This document shows positions 53,803-64,000 of a stretch of DNA of 64,000 nucleotides, in pieces (the first letter of the stretch is position 1; each line of letters opens with the position of its first letter). The position numbers and the translations under genes were made by a program. The notes beneath the pieces were generated by a model, which saw only the letters and a list, made by a program, of their open reading frames with translations, had not been told where the DNA came from and searched no databases. The stretch comes from Epiperipatus broadwayi (taxonomy: Eukaryota; Animalia; Onychophora), in the NCBI GenBank assembly GCA_028023455.1, contig JAQFVV010000003.1, positions 13,144,001 through 13,208,000 on the forward strand, in the 5' to 3' direction.

Positions 53803-56800
53803 ATATATGGTAAACTATTAGATAAAAAAATTAAATGCACTGAAAATATTTGAGGAATATTTAGATGATTTGAATAGTGGAAATAAAACAATCTTTCGTC
53901 TATAATAACTGAAAAACAATACAGGAAATAATAATAATATAAGTTGACAGTAATTATGGCTGAAATTGTATCTTGAAATGAAAAGTCACAAATGATAGAG
54001 AAATAATGATTTCTAATCAAAGAATTAAGGGCTGGGTATGTTATATAACTGAAGATTAGAAAAAGTGGTCAGTAAATTTACCATCGATATTTAAGAGTGC
54101 ATTAAGAAACAGACAATGCTATGAAATGTGAAGATTTCAGAACACAGCTCCTTGGGATAAAGTTGAGGCTCAAATTTTCTATAGCTTCACATTTCTATCT
54201 AAAAAGTGCTTGAATTTAGAAAAGATGAGAGGATAAAAGATACTATTGGAATTTGAAAAACTACTATTGAAAGATAAATAAAAAGAAGAAAGTATGTTAA
54301 TATTTGTTTATTATCTTTAAAAAAAAATTTCTGACAAAAGAAAATTGGTTAATTTGTTCAATATTCTTTTTTAAAAAGAATATAGATTAGAAGAAAAGAC
54401 AACTAATTTATAGTTCAAGCAGAAGATAATTGTAAAATTAAATGGGTTTTTTTCTGAAGAGGTACTAAATGTAAATCTTATCTGACTTCTTTTTTATTTT
54501 ATATATATTTGATAAATTGATAAATGAATGTCATTTTAATAAAAATGGAATTAGTATTTAAAATAGGAATCTGTTATATGAGATTTATTATTGATGTAGC
54601 AATGTTTGCAGATAGTGAGGATCTAATAAAATTTCACACCAGACTGATAAAACTTATAAAAAGTTTAAATTGAAAATAAATACAAATTAATGTAAAGCAA
54701 TGAAAAAAAGTGATAAGAAAAAATAAGCAAGAACAAAAAATGATAGAAGTATCAATAAGAAACCAAAGTAGAAATTACAGTTGCCTAAACTTGGTTAATT
54801 AATAAAAGTCAATGGTTATTTGGTACTAGTATAGCATATGATCTATCCACTATTTGGAGCCATGTATTACTTAACAATGGTTCCAAAAATTTCCAATCAA
54901 TAAAAATAAAATGTCCATACTAGTTCTTAAACTTATGGTTATTAATATATATTAAATAAGGTCAAGAAAGTAATATATTTAGCAATGAAATGGAAAAATA
55001 TATCAATAAAAAATAAAATTATCTAGAAATGCAGATTCATAAGCGAACCTGCAAAAGAAAAGTCATTCATGATAACAAATGTATCAAACAAAAGAAAGCA
55101 CAAAAATATGTATTAGATCAAAACAATGAAAGTAAATAGTCATTACTAATCCTGACATAACAAATTGACTCATTTTTCTATGAATCCATAAAAATGAAGT
55201 TAATTCTTTTTGGATTTTTTTTCTTTCTCATACATGGCAGAAGTGCATTGACGATAATAACCTTTCTTCATTGCATATTGCATTTTAGAGTTGTAATTAT
55301 ATTTTATTGAGCACACAGGAAGTACATGTAAATACTTAAACCAGCTTTAATCTGTAACGAATGCACCTTAAAATTTCTAATAGTCAAGCAATATTATTTT
55401 GCCAATAGAGGGACCTCGCAAACCATGACCCAAGATAGTGACTTTTATAAAGATAAGAGTGGCTGTCTTATCTTTAACAAAAATTTCTACTTATATAGGC
55501 CAATCTGAAGCATCCTGATTTGGGAGCGTGAAGTTGTTGTTCTCTTCACTGTTTAAGTCCACTATTTCCTTTACTAATTAACCTTTGCAAAATCTTGTGA
55601 TTTACAGAGAGTTAGTACAAATAACTCAAATGATGAGAACTTTTATGGCCTGAATAAAAAAGTGAGGCTACATGAGCTGACAAAGTGAAACTTGAAACTT
55701 ACGATCAACTGCAATTTAAAAAATATAGGCTATGAATCATGTGTATTTTCTAATATGTACATTTTGCATTATTCCCTAAATGTATTGTTTGGATTTTTTT
55801 TTGATTCATTGTGCTTGTTTTTATTTGATTAACTTTCACCGGAAATTTATTTTTGAAATTTCATTCATGGATTTGCATATTGTTTTTTTTTTTATTGATA
55901 TATTTTGTTGTTGTTGTTAAATAATTTATACTTTTTTGCTACAGATATATATATTTTAATTTTATTTAATATTATACTAATAACTGTTAATTCAAGAATA
56001 AATGCAATCTTTTATTTTCCATTAATTAGTTATTTTTGATTCATAGATAAGTAATATATAGCCCAATTAATGGATACACTAAGCATTATACTAGTGCTGA
56101 TTATTTTGTGGTGTATTAAAATATTTTCAAAAGAAACTTAGTTTGGAATATTGCTTAATATATAAAACAAAGATCTATGAATTCAGAGTGGATATGAATA
56201 TGATACTTGATAATACCAATTGTGAAATAGTGAAATATTTTTATTTTAATATATATTTAAATTTTTTAACAATCAATTTATAAATAATTATCTGCTCAAT
56301 CAGATTAAAGGAATCTATTTTTTTTTATCTAAAAATAAATAAATACCCATTTCTTGATTATTGTTGGATAATTAACTACTTGAAAAAAAATCGTACAGGA
56401 TTTGTCAAAGTTCTCTAGCCTGGACTTGAATTTCAGGTTAGAACATGACAGATGCATTATTAACAATGAATCTATCATGCATATGAGTATGCAATAAAAT
56501 CAAAATCATTACAGATTGAAAAATTTTTGAAAGTAAAGAAAAACTACTAATATAGAAATATTGAAAAGAATATATAATAGAGGATTATTTTTTGAAAATA
56601 TTATTAAGAGAAATTAGATTGAAAATGTAATTAGATGTAGCAGAATTATGTGAAATATATATTAAAGGGATTGTAAATAGTATGAGAAAAAAAGTAGAAA
56701 GAAAAATTAATTAATGAAGCTTACATATGAAAATAGTTATGAGCTTTTAAAGAGTAAGATAAAAGATAGAAAGGCCTTGAGAAAGTAGTTTGATTTGGAA

Positions 56801-57369
56801 GGCAACATTTGACTTTTGATCTAATGATAATGATGATTGCACTTTATCTTCTAAAGAGGATGGAATCATCATGGTTTTTTTAAAATCTGCAATTGATATC
56901 AAATCAATATATATTAATTAAGAATGGTATTAAACAATATGTTCTGAATAAATTGTTTCGGAGAAATAAAATTTATAGGAGAAACAAATATTTTTGTTAC
57001 CTATAAATACTTTAGAGAATAAAAAAAAGGAGAAGATTTAATGAAACATGTTTATTCCTATAATGTAGAAAATGCAAGTTCAAGAAAGTGAATTGTGATC
57101 TCATCAAAACATCGGCTTATTATTTAATCATCTATTTTTATAGGCCCACTGTTATGTATTTAAATAGTAAGATTTTTGATTAACATCAAAGTATACAGTA
57201 GAGCAATATTGTAGACCAATATCTATTTGAAGACAATTTAAATACAGTCAAGATTATTAGATCAAATAGTTTTCAATCATATACACATCCATATAGAAAG
57301 AAAGACTTCTTTATCTATGCTATATTTGATTAAATAGTACTTTATATATCATCATTCATCATTTTCAAT

Positions 57370-58080
57370 CATGATTGATCCACTTTAGGATGAAGGTATC
57401 TTCAATCCATTTTTTATATATATTTTCTCTTTTCCACATCAGAAAACTTTCTTATTTCATTCCTCCATCTTATATGTTATTTCTTTCTAGGTATTTTTAC
57501 AGTTACTTGGGATCCAATTTAAAATTTCAACCACATTTCTTCTGTCAATATATCTAGCCCAGCTCCATTTCAGTTTCTTAATTCTTTCAGTGATATCAAT
57601 TTATTTTCTCATTCTATATTTCATTTTCAATCTTTTGTTGTTATTCCTAACATGCATCTCTCCATACTTCAAGTAGTCTGAAGTCTTTGTATTGCTTATC
57701 TGTTAATGTGTCCAAATCTCAAACAAAAATTAATAAAATGATACATCTATTAAAAAATCTTTCTTTTCAAACACAAGTCTTTGTCCTTTCTTATTTCTAT
57801 CACCTTAACCAAATTTATCCATAGCACTTTCATCTGTCAATCATTTACCAATCTTAGCATTAAACTCTCTCATAATGATTTTATAATTTTGGTTGGTATG
57901 ATCTTTATAAAAATCCTCTACTATTTTATCACAATGAAAATTTGTCAGGGTATAAACTTATTTGTCTGCATTTGATTTCTCATTAATTTTAATAATTAAT
58001 CTTGCCATGCTGTCTAATATACTATCTACCAATCATCACAAAATTGTTCTTCCACTTTTTATTTATGATGAACCCCCACA
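57370..58080 (-). mobile_element. Deleted, decayed RTE copy related to the 22320-25206 element
   Basis: Reverse complement matches endonuclease-region and 3' segments of the RTE (compare ORF 57781-57975 with 22686-22913). Confidence 0.7.
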
Positions 58081-58189
58081 CCATTTCTTTTAACTTCTGA
58101 AAGTATATATAATTTTCAGTTAAACAATAAAGTAGTGAATTAGAAGCAAAATATAATTATTGAATAATTCATGTATACATTAATTATAT

Positions 58190-58750
58190 ATAATGAGCAT
58201 GCCAATAGCTCTTAACAATCTTTTCAGAATATCCCTATCCTCAGACTGGTTTCTAGCTCTGGCTTTCATCAGTGAGATACTAGGATATTCAAGCATTTTA
58301 TTTAAATACCAGGTTAAGCTCAGCACTTTAACTAATGTTTAACTATTAAGTAGAAAATCTGAAATTTTCATGCATCCATATGTCTTAAAATCCAGCTATT
58401 TAACTTAAATAGCAATATGGGACTAAACTAAGTTCAGATACACCATATATTAATAACTTTGACAATATAAAATTGCCAAAGCCTTAAGAACAATAGCAAT
58501 AATTGCAAGGAAATCAAATCATATATCACATGACAAACTTTGTATTACAAATGTTATATCTAATGTTAAATCTAATGCTTGAATATCCTTGTGCCTCACT
58601 GATGAAAGCCAGAGCTAGAAATCAATCTGAGGATAGGGATATTCTGAAAAGCTTGTTAAGAGATATTGTCATGCTCATTATATAACATTTGTAATACAAG
58701 CTTATTAAATTAAGTCATGTGATATATGACTTGATTTCCTTGCAATTAAT
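58190..58750. repeat. Complex fold-back PLE-type terminal repeat with two opposed hammerhead cores (family D)
   Basis: 58192-58300 is the inverse of 58570-58682. 58501-58560 is the inverse of 58681-58746. Cores at 58239-58276 (-) and 58594-58632 (+): ctca-CTGATGA-aAGC caga GCTa-GAAA-ccag-TC-tgagg. Confidence 0.8.
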
Positions 58751-60073
58751 GTATACATTAAATAACATTATTCTGAAACCTTTGATTTTAAGTTCTTTTT
58801 GATATATGAAATTTTAAGATTTGCACAAAGTCACTCAAATCTTTATAACAGTAAAAATAGAAAATGCTTAAAAATATTCCTATATTTGTTGATTTTAAAA
58901 TATACTAATTATAGAAAATTAAATATTATCAGTTTTAATTTAAATAAAGTTAAACATCATTTATTAGGACAATTTAAATATAATTCATTAAAAATAATAT
59001 TACTTAAAAAGATTAATTAAAATAAAATTCATTATTCATATAAAATTGATTACAAACATTTTTTGAATTGCATAAATGGCATAAATTATAATAAAATTTA
59101 CACTCTTCCTACAATGTTCATATACCATATTATACATTGTGATATTGAAGATTAATGTCATTGTAAAAGTGAATGACTATTATGTTATTTCTTTTGAAGA
59201 TAAATATTGAGCAAAGAATTGCAAACTTTTATGTTTATATTTTGAACACAATAGAAAATCAATAATGAATAAACTGATTTCATTTTTCAAAATTTCAAAT
59301 TTTTTCATAAGTGAATTTTCTGCATAAATTGTAATCTGTTACTGTATTGAAAAGAACAGTGTAAATGTGATTAGATATTAAATAAGTTATCATATTGCAT
59401 TTTTGTAGGATAAATGTTTAGTGCAAAATTGCATACTTTTTCCTTTTATTTATCTTACACAGTTGAGGAACAATAATATGGGCTAAAAGGACTTTTGACA
59501 TGATTTTTTTTTTTTAACACTTCATCTTTTTCACAAATGAGCATGCTACAGAAATTGTAATCTTTGCATATATTTTTGCTCTGCCATAATGATTGACTTA
59601 AAAGTATTCAAATACTGAATTCAAAGTTTTAAATTTTTAGAATTTTAAAATACGTAATGGAATTCAATCTATATGTTTACATTATTTATTAGATTCTTAT
59701 TTTATATATATTAATTGTTTAAATTCTTTTATTAGCTTGTAATTTCTCCTTATTTTATAGATTTGTATAGTTTACATTTTTTAAATAGTATTTGATTTCC
59801 TATGACAACTAGTATAAAAATGTGTTAAGTTACATAATTATTTAAAGTTAAATAGTTCTAAAAAACATAAATTCTAAAAGGGAGTAAATAATTTAAAGGC
59901 ATTTAGATTATTTTACTTAAACCCTGAATCCCTTTAAGATTTTTTCTCAAAAGAAAATCCTCCCTAAAATCTTAGTGTAAAAGCAATTTCTTTAACTTAC
60001 AATGGCTATGTTCTGATTTTGATATAAATGTAATTTTCAAGGAAAATTTCCGAATTGTCTTTGAATTTTTAAT

Positions 60074-61351
60074 AGGTGCTTGTCTTATAGATAAAGATGC
60101 CATTGGATGGCGCCGTTTTCACGCTAAAACTATAAAATATGACCATTCCTGGGCCGTTGATTATAATAATTTTGCTGTGCTTTTTTGTAATGCGAAAATA
60201 AAAACAAAACAAAATCGTCTTTTATAAATATTATTTTTTATTAACGTATACAATTTAAATGATAATAATAAATGTAAAATAAAATCAACAAATTACAATT
60301 TGATTCGTGTTTTTTCTATCGTATATTTTTTTAATTGTGTTACGGCTTTTTTTTATCAATTTTCTATCGGATATTTTTTTACTTGTGTTATGGCTTTTTT
60401 TTTATCAATTTTCTATCGGATATTTTTTTACTTGTGTTACGACTTTTGTTGTTGTTATTGTTTAACTAAAAAATAATAATCGTAATAAAAAGTAAAATTT
60501 CTTAGTCTATTTTTTATTTTTTTAGTCTTCGTTTTACTTTTTTTTTTTTTACAGACAAAGAGATATTACGGCTATTTTTTTACTTCAAATAGAATGTCAA
60601 TAAAAAGTAAAAGTTGTTACGGTTAGGTTTAGGGTTAGTTTTAGGGTTAGGTTTGTAATGCTAAAATCAAAAAAATCAAAATTGTAACCGTACTTGGACA
60701 AAATAAAGAAACTCAAACTTTTTTAAACAACAACAAACACATATAAATGTCTTCTTTACTTATTAAACATGTTTATAATATTTGCTTTTTATGAAATTTA
60801 CAAAAAATCGTGTATATTTGTACTTTACTTACTGGATATTTTTTTGGTACCACTTTTTTACTTCAAAAATATACACACGGTAGAATATTCTTTGTCTCGT
60901 GGAATGTTATGAACAGTACGTTACTTGACACATTACCTAATTGCAACTCACTAAAAACATAGATATTTAACATTTTCCCAATTAAAACTTCAATACAGTA
61001 CATTGTAAAAAGTCTTAGAATTATTACTTTAAAAAATCTGAATATTTCAATACTTTAAAATAAAAAAAAATCCAATGAAAACAACATTTCCATCGAATTC
61101 AAATACAAACTCTCTCATCAAGCCGTAAATATTTTATAAACTGTGTGAATTCAGAAAATGTATTTGGTGCGATGCTACATACATGCTGTACTGTGATGAG
61201 ACATAGCGGCCTGCATTCTGTAGCACAACAAAAAAGTTGTATTATAGAAAATGCGGGTTCGAACATGTCGGCCGCGGAAACAGCATTTTTATGTGTTTTA
61301 GCGCAAAAACGGCGCCATAGAGCAACGTCTTTAGCTATAAGATGAGTACCT
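60074..61351. mobile_element. Young non-autonomous TIR DNA transposon (Kolobok-like)
   Basis: ~56 bp imperfect TIRs (aggtgcttgtcttatagataaag...ggcgccgttttcacgctaaaac / gttttagcgcaaaaacggcgcc...ctataagatgagtacct). ttaa(t) on both flanks. Internal 3 x ~47 bp tandem at 60310-60445. CpG-rich. Confidence 0.8.
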
Positions 61352-62434
61352 TTTAATATTACAGTTTTTATTGTAAATTAAATATTAAAAAAATAAAATG
61401 AAATAAAAATGATTGAAACAATACAATTTATTTATAATTTTCATTAAAATCATACAAAAGAGAAACTAAAAATATCTAAGTTTAAAATATAGAATTTATG
61501 GTTAAATATGGATTTTAAATATGAAGTTATGGTAAAAGAAAAAAAAAGGAAATTGGAATAATAAGGACGAATTTATGAAGAAAAGGTATCCGTATTTCTA
61601 AATTAGATACTGTTAAAATAAACAAGAGATTAATTTAATAGAAGTTGAGAATTGTTATAAATACTGTAGAAATATTTATGATTTCTAAAAATAAAGTTAA
61701 AAATAATAGAATGGGTAATTTCTCAGGTCATGTAACATTCAGGCACCAGAAATAACAAGTTGAGTTTTGATTTAGAATCTTTATTTAGTTTTAGAGCCTA
61801 TCTTTCTATTATTATACTAAAAAGAAAGAACAAAAAAAAATGAATAGGTAATTATTAGGAAGATCATGTGATGCTCAAGCATCAGAAGTAACAGGTCATG
61901 AGCTTCTTTTCAGGGCCTTTAAACTTCATTCTACTAATCAAATAGTTAATTGCTTCAGTGATCATATGACATTTGAAAAACAGATACTATGTACTTTAAT
62001 CCAAGATTTATTTAATTTTTAAGTCCATCATTCAAGTGAGTGCCATTTTTTAAGAAGTACATAAGGAATAGTGACTATCTAGTGATGGAATTAGCAGAGT
62101 CATATATAAAAGACAGATATAGGCAAAGAGGATATGGTAAAAGGAGCAGAAGACAAAGAGTCTGGGAAGAAAATGACAAAACAGAGGCATTTGAAAAACT
62201 TAAATCAGAATAAAGATTAAATATAAAGTTTGCATATTTAAATAATATAGAAATTATTAAACAAATGTCAATTAAAAGATAGTATTAGAATGGATTCAAT
62301 TTATATTAAATAAATTATTAAAACAATGTATAAATCAAAACAAAGACCTATTATAATTGCTCTAAAAAGCTTTGTTGATAAAATGCTAGCAAGAGAAAGC
62401 ATTTAAAATATCTCCATCAGAAACCATACTCAAC

Positions 62435-62476
62435 CCCCAGTCCAATGGTTTTGTGCTCTGGCACTCCTCAGTGAGG
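62435..62476 (-). ncRNA. Decayed hammerhead core upstream of and antisense to the PLE RT
   Basis: Minus strand CCTCA-CTGAGGA-GTGC caga GCAC-aAAA-ccattggac-TGGGG. Confidence 0.6.
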
Positions 62477-62699
62477 TGCTAGGTAGTTTCAGACACTAGA
62501 TCTAAAAGTACAAACCCAAAGCCAGTATTTATATAAAAGTTAATTATTGAGGAGAAAATCTGACATTTTTAGATACCTATATGTCTTCAAGCCCAGATAT
62601 CCAACTCAAATACCTATTTGGGGCTGAGAGATGTTCATCCAAATCATATATTAGTAGTCTTAGAAACATAATATTACTTAAGACTTAAAAGCAAAGACT

Positions 62700-64000
62700 A
62701 TAAATAGTCAATAAAAATAAAAAAGTCATATATCATATGACTCAATTTTTTAAGCTTGTAAATAAAAACAAAGAGCTTTGCTAATTGCTTTAACAAGCTT
62801 TCTTCATAAAGAAAATAATCCATTGAGACTATTGTTTAATTTTACTAATTTTATTCTACAAAGATTTTGTAAGTATTTAAATAAGTGGATAGTAAATATT
62901 ATTGGTTATGGGGAGTTTTGTATTAAAAATACAGAGGCTATTATAAATAAGTTAAATATGATAAAATTGAGTAGAAACCAAAGTATATTTGTAATGGATA
63001 TTGAAAAGATGTATCCTAGCATTCCAAGAACAAAAAGTATAGAAATATTAATACAGAAATTATATATGCATATTAATGATATAGCGGTAATTAATATTAT
63101 AAAAGAAAGTTTAATTTTAATACATAATAGTTTGTATTTTAAATATAATAGTGAATATTGAAGTATACATAAGGGATGGGTAATGGGGTGTGCAATTAGT
63201 GGATTAATGCCATCAATATTTATCACAAAATGGAAATGAAAATTGTTAATAGTAGAATAGAAAATCAAGATATAATACATTACTTTAGATATGTTGATGA
63301 TACATTAATAATTGGTAATAAAAGAGCTATAAAGAAAACATATAATGAACTTAATAATAATATGGATAATATAAAATTTACAATTATAGAAATTGATGTT
63401 AAAATAAAATGTTTAGATATAGAGATAGATGATAATAATATAATTACATTAAAACACTTCATTAAAGAAGATAAATTAAGGAAAATAATTTTTATGGATT
63501 CACAACAGGCATGGATACAAAAAATGGCAGTTATTAAAAATTTTAAAAACAAAAATGATAAATATAATACAGATAGGAAGATAGCTACTTTGCAAAAAGA
63601 GAAATTTATAGAGTTATATACTAGTTATGGATATAACCCTAGAAGCATTAAAAATATATTTTTTAATTATAAACAAAATAATTTGGGTAATAAGAGTGAA
63701 CCAGAAAATATAAAATGGATAAAACTTTCATATGTTCCTAAAATTTATAATACATTATTAAAAAATAAAATTATATAGATCAAAATATTAAAATAGGATG
63801 GTCAAACAGTAAAACTCTTGATATATTAGTAGGAAATAATAAGACTACAACAAAACACAAAAGATAACAGACAACATCTAATTATACCCTACATATCTAC
63901 AATAGCTAAAAATTTCAGTAAAATATTACAGAAGGAATTCAAACTTGGATCAGAATACCTCCAAACACAAATAGACTCATCAACAACACCAAAGATAAAA
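62700..64000 (+). mobile_element. Penelope-like element reverse transcriptase, pseudogenised, running off the window end
   Basis: ORFs 62778-63161 and 63230-63778: CIKNT, FVMDIEKMYPSIP, YFKYNSEY*, KGWVMGCAISG, YFRYVDDTLII, IKCLDIEI, YGYNPR. Confidence 0.9.

Noticed and set aside
60620-60657. Interstitial telomere
   Set aside because: Short degenerate tract inside a DNA transposon.

Overview
Very AT-rich, CpG-depleted eukaryotic (most likely invertebrate animal) genomic DNA, intronic or intergenic in character. I could not recognise an intact cellular gene. There are only a few short exon candidates and three CpG-retaining, promoter-like islands (~4.4-5.15 kb, ~31.6-32.2 kb, ~39.0-40.4 kb). 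Most interpretable sequence is decayed mobile DNA: Penelope-like elements (PLEs; RT and GIY-YIG remnants), a near full-length RTE LINE, an internally deleted L1/Tx1-like LINE, other LINE fragments, a hAT remnant, a young Tigger/pogo derivative, a young TIR element (Kolobok-like), a young tRNA-derived retroposon, and microsatellites. The most striking signal is about 14 minimal type I hammerhead ribozyme cores (CTGAnGA-stem II-GAAA-short, often palindromic stem III) from several distinct repeat families. Almost all sit in fold-back (inverted) repeats. They include a ~280-bp-unit tandem array with one core per unit (retrozyme-like) and a family in which a tRNA-like Pol III A/B-box cassette lies directly upstream of the hammerhead. 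All alignments and folds were done by eye.
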